64,000 nucleotides of DNA from Octopus bimaculoides (lineage: Eukaryota), in the NCBI RefSeq assembly GCF_001194135.2, contig NC_068986.1:91513360-91577359 (forward strand), written 5' to 3'. Shown piece after piece: positions 49,363 through 61,673 of this stretch; within the stretch, counting starts at the first letter, position 1; each line of letters starts with the position of its first letter. The translations under genes and the position numbers were made by a program. Below the pieces are notes generated by a model. The model did no database searches. It was given only the letters and a program-made list of their open reading frames with translations, and was not told the DNA's origin.

Positions 49363-51002
49363 CTGCAAAGATAATAAACCAAAGTCAGATAAGACTAGCA
49401 ACATGTGACTCACTTGAGATGTGGCCTATCGGATCTCTACAAGCTATTTCTAAATACTTCATAATGTCTTTTCTATTCATAAACACACACACACTATATA
49501 TATATATATATAATTTTAACGATCTTTACTCTTTTACTTGTTTCAGTCATTTAACTGCGGTCATGCTGGAGCACCGCCTTTAGTCGAGCAAATCGACCCA
49601 AGGACTTATTCTTTGGAAGCCTAGTACTTATTCTATCGGTCTCTTTTGCTGAACCGCTAAGTTACAGGGACACAAACACACCAGCATCGGTTGTCAAGCG
49701 ATGTTGGGGGGAGACAAACACAGACACACAAACATATATACACGCATACATATACATATATACAACAGGTTTTTTTCAGTTTCCATCTACCAAATCCACT
49801 CACAAGGCTTTGGTCAGCCCGAGGCTATAGCAGAAGACACTTGCCCAAGGTGCCACACAGTGGGAATGAACCCGGAACCATGTGGTTGGTAAGCAAGCTA
49901 CTTACCACACAGCCACTCCTGCGCCTAAATATATATATATATAAACAATTTTTTCCTGACAAGATTATAATGACTACATGCTCATACTACTAGTACTTTA
50001 CAGCAACAGCCAGGTGTATTTTATTGTGCCACCAACATCCCAGGCTAAAGCGCCTCCTCCTGTCTACATCTGTTCATAGTTATTGGCCTTTGATCATTTA
50101 AATATTTGGTATTATATAACACTGCTCTGTATACTTACTTTCAAAAGTTTGGCACTTATTTTAATAGATGCATGAATTCAAACCAAATTTTATTTTTTAG
50201 TCAGGAGGGGAAAGGCTAATAGTTTGATAGTTACACAAATTCACACATACATAACTAAAGCAATTTACATAAAAACACAACAGGGACTTATTTAATAATG
50301 TAACTAAAAACTATTTGCTCAAGTTTCAAGATAAAAGCATTTTTCTCCCTGTAGAAAGGGCATCCAGCTGTAGAGACCATGCCAAACCAGTCTGGAGTCT
50401 GGTGCAGCCCTCCAGCTTGCCAGCCCTGGTCAAACCGTCCAACCCATGCCAGCATGGACAACGGACATTAAATGATGATGATATGAAAACACTCACAAGT
50501 TAATGAGCTATGTGAGAGTACCAATTAAATATCTAATGGTCACTCATTACATAATTCAAACATTTCAAGTTTCAGAATTATCCAGAAACTTTGTAACAAG
50601 GCTGTTGAAGTTAAACTAAAACAACATCATCATCATCATCATTATAGTTTAACGTCCGTTTTCCATGCTGGCATGGGTCGGACAGTTTGACTGAGGATGG
50701 GCAAACCAGGTGGCTACACCAGGTTCCAATCTGATCCAGTAAAGTTTCTATGCAGCTGGATGTCCTTCCAAACACCAACCACTCCGAGAGTGTAGTGGGT
50801 GTTTTTTACATGCCACCGGCATGGGAGCCAGTTAGCCGGCACTGGCATCAACCAAAAACTTAAATTAAATCATGTCAGCAGCTGTTTGAAATTTCAATAT
50901 TTGCAAAGCTATTGCCACTACTTCCTACATAAAATGCACCTGATGTGGTGTTGGGACTGGAAGAACTTTGTGTAAAGGATAAATAACAAAAATGGAACTA
51001 AC

Positions 51003-51137
51003 TTTCAATGCTAAAGTACTGTGTGCTATATGTCTTCCTGTACGTTTGTCATGACTGTATGACTCCATCTCACAGATCCACTGCTCACATTGTGACAAAA
51101 TTTCATGGCGTTTTAACCAAAAGTGATTCTGGATCAC
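51003..51137 (-). CDS. BIRC6: BIRC6 penultimate coding exon: VIQNHFWLKRHEILSQCEQWI...HSTLALK
   Basis: Matches human VIHKHFYLKRVEIMAQCEEWI...HAAALK. Splice sites ctccag|GTG and AAA|gttagt; 135 nt, phase 0/0. Confidence 0.95.
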
Positions 51138-51902
51138 CTGGAGAAGAAAGGAAAAGAATGTGAATAGATAAATGACAAAGAATTGATCAGTGAAGTACCT
51201 ACCTCCATACTGTGCCAGATGGATGGACTAAACTGCTATGAAAAGATTTTAAATCAAACAAGTTGCAATCTTGAGGAGTGAAATATTTACTTGAAACACA
51301 AGCCACTAATTCTACCACTCAACACTCTTTGTGGTCATTCAACTCGCTAGAAATAGCAACCAAGTCTCTGAAATCTTTTAAAAAGGCCAAGAATACGTGG
51401 TCCTGGGTTCCTACAGAAATGAAAAGATGAAACGGTACTTGATCAAGTTGACCAGAAGCTCAAAAGACATCTACATTAGTTGCTCAACATGCTAGAAATA
51501 GCAACCAAATTACTCATCTTCTTTGATCACAAAAAGATGGTAGGTCTTAGAAAAATGATGAGCTGCTCATGGCTGGAACAGTTTTGATTATAGCTCAACT
51601 CAATTTGGATCTTAACTACAACAACTACTGCCCATTAATCACTGGAACTTGTACGCTATAATCTAATTTAAACTATTTAGTTATATAGTTTATAGGCATA
51701 TATCCAACCACATGGTACCAGGTTCAGTCCCACTGCATGACATCTTGGGCAAGTGTCTACTATAGCCTCAGGCTGACCAAAGCCTTGTGAATGTATTTGG
51801 TAGATGGAAACTGAAAGAAGCCTGTTGTGTATGTGTATATCATCATCATCATCGTTTAACGTCCGCTTTCCATGCTAGCATGGGTTGGACGAATTGACTG
51901 AG

Positions 51903-51937
<35 letters not shown>

Positions 51938-52585
51938 CGTGTATTTGTGTTTGTCCCCCCACCATCGCTTGGCAACTGATGTTGGTGTGTTTACGTCCCT
52001 GTAATTTAGCAGTTTGACAAAAGTGACCAAAGGAATAAGTCCTAGGATCGATTTCTTCTGACTATAGGCATTGCTCCAGCATGACCACAGTCAAATGACA
52101 AACAAATAAAAGAATAGAAATCAAAACCACTTACAGCAGTGAACTGTACATACTTAGCATCCCCCATTTACTATTAGGACTTGTGAGCCAGCAACAATGA
52201 AGTGACTTGGATCACACAATTAGTGGAAGTAGTTAAGGTGGACACATTGTATCCCACTGGTGCACTGAAATATATTTACACTTTTCAGGTGTAAATACTC
52301 TGCAGTACACAGCAAAAATAACACTAACACACACACACACACACGAGTGAGTGGTTAAGAAGTTTGTTTTGTAACCATATTATTTTGAGTTTGGTTCCAC
52401 CATGTAGTACTTTGGTTAAGGGTCTTCTGCTGTAGCCCAAGGTTGACCAAAGCTTGTTATACTCTCCAAAGCTTTTTTCTATAGAAATTCAAACCAAACA
52501 ACTAATCAATCTAAATAAATACAAAGCCACTGGAAAACAATTTGTCAGTGGTCAAATCTTGTAGAGAAGTTGTTACAATACTGAC

Positions 52586-52774
52586 CTCTTTAAAACAGGG
52601 TGATGGATCTCGTATCTGCTCCAGCATGGCCCACTTAACAGTTGCTTGACGAATGTTAGCATCATACTCTCGAGAACTAGCTGTGCCAGATGGTGTGCCC
52701 CGCGATCGTTCATAACCAGGTTCATTGAAATAAGGCTCAGACACTAATATCAAAGACTGTATAGAGACAAGCAC
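52586..52774 (-). CDS. BIRC6: BIRC6 exon: [30 protein letters not shown]...[24 protein letters not shown]
   Basis: Near-identical to the human UBC C-terminal half. Splice sites tttcag|GTG and GAG|gtcagt; 189 nt, phase 0/0. Confidence 0.97.
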
Positions 52775-53028
52775 CTGAAATTAAGCACAGATAGTAATTG
52801 TGAATGGGGTTTTTTGTGTAGATTAAGTATCAAGCTGTTGGGGTGGAGGAAGAGGAGAGAAGAGAAACAACTGAATGACAGATAACACGTGATTGATAGA
52901 GAGAGTAGTTCCACATGCATCTGGGAACAAAAATGGTTCTACATAATATAAATATAACAGAGATAAAGACAGACACCAAAAGAAACACACACACACACAC
53001 ACACACACAAACAAAGGGAGGTACCTAC

Positions 53029-53268
53029 TTGTAAAAAACTAGAAGTCTGTGGATTCCATTTCTCCTCAGGTCGACCATGCCATGTGTTGAGAACACTTAA
53101 ACACACTTTGCCGTCATTGTATAAATTGGGGTTGAAGCGTACACTGTGGTTGCCTGTGGTTTCGAGGTTGATGAATGGAGGGGAAATGGGATAGTCCTGA
53201 GGGAAATAGACATCAAATTCAAAACAGCCATTTGCATATGGTGTGTCAGCTGGTCCAGTAATGAGCAC
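53029..53268 (-). CDS. BIRC6: BIRC6 exon, UBC catalytic core: [19 protein letters not shown]...[36 protein letters not shown] (catalytic Cys codon 53101-53103)
   Basis: Diagnostic BIRC6/UBE2O-type E2 core NPNLYxxGKVCLS. Splice sites tttcag|GTG and CAA|gtaggt; 240 nt, phase 0/0. Confidence 0.98.
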
Positions 53269-54742
53269 CTGAAAGCAGAAACATTGCAGGTATATAATTA
53301 GATACATACATATACATACATATATATATATATATATATACAAATATATTTGGTTTTACAAGTAGGAGAAAGAGAACTGAATATGTAGCTTAAGAGTACA
53401 AAAAATAATGATGATGGTAGCAGTATTATGGTTTGAACTCAAGGCCTTGTGGTCTATGGTTCAGCATCTTAGGATCGCAGCAATTATGCCCCGCACCCAC
53501 TTCACACTTTAGAACTTAAGTCTCCTTCCTGATAAATCCACTACATTGGATGTTCATTTGGCTTCTAATAACACATCTCAAACTACTCCTCCATTGTCAC
53601 ACAGCCATCAAATGTAAAATCTCAAACAAAATTCTTCAACCTTTTTCTAGTGATTTATCTTCATCTATGAAAACAGGTCTTTCTGGTATTGCTGATTATT
53701 ACCTGCCTCCTCAAACAGCTCAAAGATGATGGAAATTGTGTCAACAATCCTCAAACTAGGTTACTTTAAGACCAGAAAAACATTTCAAAACCAATCAATT
53801 ACTGACCCTCTGCAAAGCTTTAAGTGTGATCCATATTAGAATATTGCTCCTGTATTTAGGATGATCCTGCTGCTAACATCTTAGGTCACATTTCAAAAAA
53901 ATAAAAATAATAAAAGCCATTCACTTGGTGGGCTGAATCTTGTTTTGATGACAAGGATTCAGTTGTTTAATCTCCTGAGTTATCTCCTCATCGATTGAAC
54001 TTTCTACAGACATGTTTATTCTTTGTGTAATTCTCAGGCAGAATCATTGAATTGTACCTTTGAATTACAGGTACAATTCATTCAACAGGCTTCTATAAAC
54101 TTCCATTTACCCTACTTCATTCACAAGGTATGAGCTGACCAATGGCTTCAGAAAATGACGTTTGCATAAAGAAGCCACATATTGGGTTCTGAAACAATTG
54201 ATCATAAGTTCACTTTTATTCATAATTCAACACACTTCAACCACTGGCTCACAGATGTGCTATGTCTTCTCTTACATTACCTCTCAACAAGGCTACCCTC
54301 TCTACTCGTCCTCTTCTCACCATTTTATCACTGTAATATCATGACCAGAACTTACACTAAACACTTATCCAAATCACTCCATCCAAAAACTGACGTCCTG
54401 GAATTCCTTCCTTGCCAGTGTTTTCCTATTTATGTCAACCTGTTGAGGTTCACACTAAATTTTTTTAGAATGAAGTTAGACTCTACAAGAACTATTTAGT
54501 GCCAGCTCCTCTTACCCAGATTAATAAATAACAATAAAATCTGTTGTGTCGCTAGTAGAAACAACTTGTCACCCAACCAAGGACCAGAAAGAACTGACAT
54601 AACATTGACAGGAATGTAGCACAAGTGATGCTAAAAGATAATTTCTCAGTGCTGCTGTTACCAAGAGAAAGAGAGAGACCCTTTATATTTAAGCCAACAG
54701 AAGTAAACATTAATTTATCAATGGACAGAACGTTATGGATAC

Positions 54743-54957
54743 CTTCATAATGTCCAGTCGGTCTTCATCACAGCGAACAAATACACTGCTACTTGCAGAT
54801 AAAGGTAGAGACGTTGATAAAGTAACAGCTTCTTGTGCCAAACGCCGAGCCCTTGATGGATTCTTTATAAAACCCGAAGTCCGAACATTTGACTCATAGT
54901 GATGAGGAGTAGAAAATTTCATGAAGCTATCGTTCTCTGTAACCATTTCATAAGTTT
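54743..54957 (-). CDS. BIRC6: BIRC6 exon, UBC domain start: ETYEMVTE...[37 protein letters not shown]
   Basis: Near-identical to human [37 protein letters not shown]. Splice sites tttcag|AA and AAG|gtatcc; 215 nt, phase 1/0. Confidence 0.96.
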
Positions 54958-55800
54958 CTGAAAAAGAACAGAATGTTATAGTCTTTCCTTCTCACCAAAA
55001 TTACATATATACTACCAAACAGGGCTGAAGATTATTCCTGTTATTATAACATCACAATACCACAGTCACTATACCAGGATTCAGCAAACTTCTATCATAG
55101 ACTCCTTCATAATTTATCAACCCTCAAGTAAATTTCTAAAATAAAATTAAATTGATAAAAACCATAAAAATTCAGCCATATTATACTGATATAGTCCTGC
55201 TGAAAAACCTAGTCATGCACACTGATCATTTTCATCTGGAAGACTTTGTTAGTAGAATGACATTGAATATCTTGGCTGTGATGTCTATGTAGCTAATATC
55301 TTGCTAGTTACTGCAAGAATGCCCATCACCTTTTTCTAAGTGTTCCAGACACACAGGTAACCAAGACATTTGAAAGTCTCAGCAGTTAGATCACCTTTGC
55401 TTGGAGCATTGTTGGGCTTCAGTTTGTAGATACCTTCATGCACTTCCTCAGTGGTTAAGTGCGTCCACATTGTCTGGGTAACAAATGGATTTTATGGAAA
55501 TTTTTTCATGCATTCATATACACACAAATAAATGATGGGCTTCTTCTTCTGCAGTTTTCACCAACCAAATTCCACCAACAAAGTAATGATCAATTTCAGG
55601 CTATAGTACCTGAATGACATTTGAACCTGGTATCCCATAACTGTGAAATGAACTTCTTAATCACACAACCATGCTGTGCTATGTGGTCAGTATTGAAATA
55701 TAATTTGTACCACCAATATCTGACAGATTCTGTTGCTATGTAACTATTTGTATAATAAAAACATAATTAGAAATGCTATTTTAATGAATTTCCAACTTAC

Positions 55801-55905
55801 CAAACTGGAACGATTTCATGACATTGATGTAACGGTTTTCAAGAGAGGTGCTGCTACATAAGTTTTTGTCCTCTGCTCTACTGCTTTTATCAGCTGAGGA
55901 ACCAT
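55801..55905 (-). CDS. BIRC6: BIRC6 small exon: DGSSADKSSRAEDKNLCSSTSLENRYINVMKSFQF; not in ORF track
   Basis: Equivalent of human SLEEKYVAVMKKLQF. Splice sites ttttacag|AT and G|gtaagt; 105 nt, phase 1/1, needed to join the flanking exons. Confidence 0.9.
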
Positions 55906-56052
55906 CTGTAAAAAAAAATGGTAATATCAGGAATCAATAACTTGGAAACGAAAATAATTTAATGCTCTTTCCTGCTCTTCTGTCAATATTATTTTACTAA
56001 ATAGCAACTAGTTATTTGTTAGGGCCCTATTTGAAGACCTCTTTAACTAGAC

Positions 56053-56347
56053 CAGTGATTCCCTACGTGGAGCCTGGGAAAATTGTAGTGGGGTGAGGGA
56101 TCCAATTTTTTTTTTTTATATAAGACATGGAATTGTGAAAATCTTTTTTTTCTTTCTTAGTCAATAATGTATTCTCATTTTTGTACTCAGTACTTAATAA
56201 AAAAAGTTATTGGTAGATTCTTTTGTATTAAATAATTATAAAAAAAAAAATTAAAAATAAGTTGTTTTTTTTCCAACCACCAGTGGGGCATACATTTTTC
56301 TGGAACGTTACAATGAGGCCTAGGGGAAAATAGGTTAGGAAACATTG
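56053..56347. mobile_element. hAT (Charlie-like) MITE, 295 bp
   Basis: Degenerate TIRs CAGTGATTCCC / CAATGTTTCCT; TSD aactagac/atctagac. Confidence 0.7.
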
Positions 56348-56859
56348 ATCTAGACTATATAAGCCAGTCATCATAGCAGAGTCCATCTCTCATGAAGCAA
56401 CACTTAAGGGACGATTTTAACTGAGAATAGCAAGATATTGCCCCCTCAGTTTCTTATAATGATGGTACTTATTTACAATCAGCTGAACTAGCTCATTCAA
56501 AATGGTTCAAGGCAACTGTTAAAGCAACATTTATCCTCAACTATGTTTAACTTTTTAGCTTTCAGATTACTCCATCAAATGAATGCTTATTTATTCACAT
56601 TGGTTTGAATTACTCATGAATTATCTTGTAGTTTTGATATTTTGATGATGTGATTGCCTATTTTTGGTATGACCTTGTAGGTCGGATCAGTTGTCTGATA
56701 TGGCTGGTTTAAATGCTTCGGGATTAAACCCCATTTTGCAAGATAGAAGATAAAATTTTCAAGTAAAAGAAGTGAAGTTCATTGAAGAAATAGACTGGGA
56801 AATTTTCTTGGCACCAAAAAGACCCTGACCATATGTCAACTGATCCATCAATATCATTG

Positions 56860-57070
56860 TTGTTGCTGTCTTACCCCAGGTCAGATCATACATGATCCAA
56901 CATCTATAATCAAAGGCAATCCAGCCATTACCTTCTCGTCTTCTTTTTTGTAGACACTATATCAATAACTACACCCCAACAAGTCCTTTCTCTATTAAGA
57001 TGGGTGTGATTTGAGAGGGATTTGGTGGTTATTTCTAGCAGATTGACCATATGAGATTGAAGCCTCACTA
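56860..57070 (+). repeat. Dispersed short repeat family E (GTGTGATTTGAGRGRGATTTGGCTGCTATTTCTAGC core); copies near 1830-1880, 3600-3760, 15140-15260, 16000-16170, 23280-23450, 38280-38330, 38640-38780, 41080-41190, and minus near 8410-8600, 51330-51620
   Basis: The core motif recurs more than 10 times with conserved upstream CCCCAGGTCAG...ATCAAAGGCATTCCAGCCATGACC; class not determined. Confidence 0.75.
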
Positions 57071-57399
57071 GCTTGAGACAAAACAATTTGCTCTTCGATG
57101 TGAGAGTTGAATTGGTGACTTTATTTAATACATCCTTAATTTGTTTTTAATATTGCTGCACAAACACCAGGTCAGGAAGGATGATCTTCCACTGATGTAA
57201 TGAGTGAAATAAAAAGAAATTTACTAGAGTTTCACAAGAAATTTGTTGTACCAGATATAACAAGTAGGTTACGATACCAGTACAGTATAAGAGTGAGAGA
57301 CTACCTATAGTAACAGTTGGTGAAATGATGTGAAACAATAATTACACAGGAGAGAACAAAGTGGTGATATGACATTCTATTGGGTTTAACTTTTTTGGT

Positions 57400-57781
57400 G
57401 GAGGCGTAATGGCCCAGTGGTTAGGACAGCGGAGTCATGGTCATAGGATCGCGGTTTCGATTCCCAGGCCGGGCATTGTGAGTGCTTATTGAGCGAAAAC
57501 ACCTAAAGCTCCACGAGGCTCCGGCAGGGGATGGTGGCGAACCCTGCTGTACTCTTTTACCACAACTTTCTCTCACTCTTACTTCCTGTTTCTGTTGTAC
57601 CTGTATTTCAAAGGGTCAGCCTTGTCACACTGTGTCACGCTGAATATCCCCGAGAACTACATTAAGGGTACACGTGTCTGTGGATTGCTCAGCCACTTGT
57701 ACGTTAATTTCATGAGCAGGCTGTTCCGTTGATCAGATCAACTGGAACCCTCGACGTCGTAAGCGACGGAGTAACAACAAC
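57400..57781 (+). mobile_element. tRNA-derived SINE family C, full length, (CAA)n tail
   Basis: A box TGGCCCAGTGG, B box GGTTTCGATTCC; ~12-bp TSD aacttttttggt/aacttctttggt; near-identical inverted copy at 21269-21656. Confidence 0.9.
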
Positions 57782-57894
57782 AACTTCTTTGGTGAAAGCA
57801 TCATCACAAGACAAATGTTATGTTATCGAGCCTCAGGACTATAAACAGGACATGGGGAAAATATTAAAGAGAGTCTCAAAAAGAAATATTTTAC

Positions 57895-58076
57895 CTTTCG
57901 ATCCCTTTAGCTTATCTGTAGCCATTTGGACAATTCTAGCAGTCTCTTGAATGTCTGGAATCAACAATGCCAATCCTTCATTTTCTTCTTCCTCTTCTTT
58001 CGAAGTTGTAGAAGTACCTGAACCATTGCCAGTGTTGTTGGTAGCTGCAGTGCTGCTGCCTTTGCTTTTGTTAGAC
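57895..58076 (-). CDS. BIRC6: BIRC6 exon: (K)SNKSKGSSTAATNNTG...EEEEENEGLALLIPDIQETARIV...KGSK
   Basis: EGLALLIPDIQETA matches the conserved EGLxLLVPDIQxTA segment. Splice sites tgctag|G and G|gtaaaa; 182 nt, phase 2/1. Confidence 0.92.
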
Positions 58077-58960
58077 CTAGCAAACACAATGTTCAGAATA
58101 ATGGTTACAGCAACAACAAAGACAAGGAATGTAAACAGAGAAACAAGAATTAATAAAATGCTTATGTAAGATTAAGTGTTTTTTGTACCAATTCACTTCT
58201 GCTTCTATGATATAACCCCTTCCATTTAAAAATATTTGAAGTGTTTTGCTACAAACACTGGCTTAACAACAAAGTTAGTTATTTTACCAAATCCTTCTGA
58301 ATTCTTGATTATTTTCAAAATTAAAACATGAGCAATGTATTTCATTAGAAACACGAAGATGGAAAGTTTTAGTCTTTCTTTAGATATATTATCTACTAGA
58401 GATGAATTCTTTAGAGAGGAACATCAGCAACCAAACAAAGAATGTCTAAAAGCATGTGAAGATCAAAGCAATTACCCGTTGTAGTAACAGAATCACATTC
58501 TTCGAAAGACAAAGTACAAAATGAGCTAAGGAAGTGCAACATAGCCAGTAAGGGCTTCAGTTAATGTGCATAGGAGAGGCTACTGTGCTAGTAAGGACAA
58601 ATATAAATGGACATAGAATATTTGGTGAAACAGAGCAGCTCTTGTCAGTGCAGAGCAACTGTAACAGAAGAAGATATGGCAAGAAGTGAGTTACAAAATG
58701 TTGGGCCTCACAGATTAGATTTTAAGACAAATTGAGATGACTAACAATACACCTTATTGCCAACTCATTTCAGTCCAATGCAAAATTGAAAGACAGATGG
58801 TATAATGATCAGTAAGAAAGCCAGAAAGAGTTTAAAAAATTGTTTAAAATAGAAATTCTGCAGGGATGAGAAGCAGGATATTAATAAAACAAGAGTCAGT
58901 CAGATTGGTACAGAATCAATCAATTAGGTTAGAGGTGTTACAAAATTCAAGACAACTTAC

Positions 58961-59316
58961 TTTAACCGATTTGCATAGGTATCAACACATCCTCTCATTT
59001 TCTCCAGTAAAGTACACACCGATACTGTTGTCTCACCATCTTCAGACTTGTCTAGAGGTAGCAACAAAGGAACTAGCATAGGACAGATAGCAATGCCTCG
59101 CAATAGTTCAAGCAGAGCTTTGTACAGGGGCACATGACGGGCCATATCAAGTACAGAGTCATTGCGTAGATATGATGAAATGGCTGGTACCAGGCATGAC
59201 TGGCTCAGCAGTTCCGGAACCACTTCAGGGAGCAGGTTGTGGCACTGGGAAGGATATACAACTCCATCGAAATCTCTTGGTATCCTATCACTGGGATTGA
59301 TGTAACTTGCAATTAC
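58961..59316 (-). CDS. BIRC6: BIRC6 exon: VIASYINP...SCLVPAISSYLRNDSVLDMARHVPLYKALL...CVDTYANRL
   Basis: Conserved SSYLRNDSVLDMARHVPLY. Splice sites gctag|GTA and AA|gtaagt; 356 nt, phase 0/2. Confidence 0.95.
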
Positions 59317-60034
59317 CTAGCACAAATAAAATATAAAAATCATCAGAAAATATAGAAATCTGACTACAAATATAAAGCTAGTGAAACAACAGTAAATCTG
59401 ATTTACTTAATTTTGGTTGCCTGATGATGATAATGTTAAAAATACATTAAAGTCTAAACAGGAGCAGGCAGTAAAGCAACAGAGCTGGGTAAAATTACAA
59501 AACACGAGGAATTTTGAGTGGAGAATGATGAATACTACCTCTAAGTATCAAATCAGACATTATAGAAATATGAGGTTGAATATAGCATTTAAAAAAGATA
59601 TATTCTATTCTATTCTAAAACTGTGAGATGTAGGATTTACATTAATAAACAACAGGGCAAATTAGGATTCACATTATGGCTCAACATGTTTAAAAATAAG
59701 GTAAATTGACAGAGTTCCAACTCCATGTACTCTACTTCACCCTTTTGTTGTTCATAAACAAAGTATCAATCCAGAACAGTTGATTGGCTTAAATTACGTC
59801 AGACTTGATGCCTTGCAATATTTACTCTAGCTCTTTGCATTCAGGGTTCATAACCCAACCACGGCCAATTTAACACTATCGTCAGGCACCTTAGTTACCT
59901 TTAGTAGAGTCTACTGCTAAATGCAGGTGAAAGATATTATTCATCTCCAATGACTACTTTGAGATAAATCTTAAAAGAATAAACAATGAAAATGTAAAAA
60001 AAAATCTTGATGTAAAAAGAAAATAGAAACTCAC

Positions 60035-60223
60035 TTGTAACAAGCATGTGACATGTTCCTCTTCACTCTTCTGCCTCAGTAATGACTGCTCAGCATCCCA
60101 ACTGGAGGTGGTGGAGCCAGTACCAAAGCCAGTCCCTTTGGCCCAGTATTGCTGTGATTTTTCCTCCGCAGCAGTAGATGACACTGTCTGAGTGTTGGCA
60201 ACTTGGATGGCAGCCAGCATAGT
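60035..60223 (-). CDS. BIRC6: BIRC6 exon: TMLAAIQ...YWAKGTGFGTGSTTSSWDAEQ...EEEHVTCLLQ
   Basis: Hallmark YWAKGTGFGTGST motif; donor CAA|gtgagt. The acceptor cacag|ACT is the best phase-0 site (alternative gag| at 60229). 189 nt. Confidence 0.9.
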
Positions 60224-61673
60224 CTGTGTCTCGTCAAAAAACAATAGCAAACTATAGTAGTGACCGAAGCTAAAGACCAAAATTAAATATCTACAGAACA
60301 GATACTAAGAAACATGTGGTTGTATGTAGGAGTAGATGGAACCTGCCTAACAAACAGCAACACTATAAGAACTTTTTACACCAACTTGCCCAGTTTGCTT
60401 GTGTATAAGAGTTCATTTTATCAAAAAATTATTTCAATTTTTAATTATTATAAATGGCTCATGCTCTTCCTGCCACTAACTACTAAACTGTGAAATTAAA
60501 AGTGAAACCTGTTTTCTCTTCCAGTCAGTTGAACAAGAGTAAACAATGTTAAACGTCCTATTCAAGAGCAAAATATCTTTCTCATATTTAGACTGTTGAC
60601 AAAGTGGCAGTAGTCTAGCATTTAACTTCACAACCATTGCCACCTCTTATCTAATGATGATAGAAATATTTTGTACTGGGAAGATGCAGTATTGCCATGT
60701 AGTTAATGAATTCACTATGCAACCACAAGATCCCAATTTTGATCCCACTGCATGGCATTTTGGGCAAATGTCATTTTCTATAGCTTGGGTCAACTCGTAC
60801 TTTGTGGGTGAAATTGAGTAGAAGGAGACTGTATAGATGCCCATTGGGTGGATGGTACTTGTGATTCAAAAGGTACAGCCATGTCACTGGGTTATGCTGA
60901 TCCCGAGAAATACATTAAGGGTGCCTGTGTTTGCTAAACACGCAGCCACTTTGTTAACTGAGGAGCAGGTAATTCAATTAATCAAAACTAAATCTCCATT
61001 GGTGAACATTGGAGATCTACCACCATTTTCACTCCTTTGTAATGCAAGGATGATACCCACCTGCTGGTGGATTCTTAGGCATGGGTTGTGTTGAACATAT
61101 CAGCCATCACAAGCAATCCTTAATCAGTAGAGATCAAATGTTGTAAAAGTGACTAAGTGAACTAAGACAACACAAAATTAGATGGTGAATTGAGTCTTTG
61201 AAGTGTCAGACAGAATGTTTCACTGTATTCTGACTTTTTATGCTTTGGGTTCAAATCCTAACAAAGGTCAACTTTGCCTTTCATCCTTTTGGTGTTGATA
61301 AAAAAAAAAGTATCAATCGAAGGCAGTGAATTGGAGGAACTGTAAAATGATTTGTTCCAGCTCGTTGCATTCCATGTTCAAATACTACTATGATCTACTT
61401 GGGCAGTACATGTAACCCAAAAATGAACACTTTAACAGATTTTGTGCTGATTGCTAAGTCGGAACCAGAGGTGGCCTAGGTAGTTTACGAATAGAAAATG
61501 TTTATTGCAAAATTCTACCATTTATAGTTGAGAAATTGTAGAAAGTACTTACTGAACTAATGCTAACAATAAACAAGATGGAAAATTTAAATATATCTAA
61601 ATATGGTGAAACTAACAGCTTTTTTTTTAAAGTCATTAAAGAACAAACTAAAGGAAGCTGGTGTTTGTCTTAC

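Noticed and set aside
53029-53268. Ile versus human Val positions as genomically predicted A-to-I recoding sites
   Set aside because: Ile at these positions is plausible as the ancestral invertebrate state, and editing cannot be inferred from genomic sequence alone.
57400-57480. tRNA-like A/B boxes here and at 21580-21656 and 32360-32430
   Set aside because: These are SINE heads continuing into family-specific bodies; no complete cloverleaf or terminator, so not called as tRNA genes.
57951-58169. Antisense ORF overlapping a BIRC6 exon (also 58866-59081)
   Set aside because: Shadow ORFs opposite real coding exons; no independent homology or splice support.
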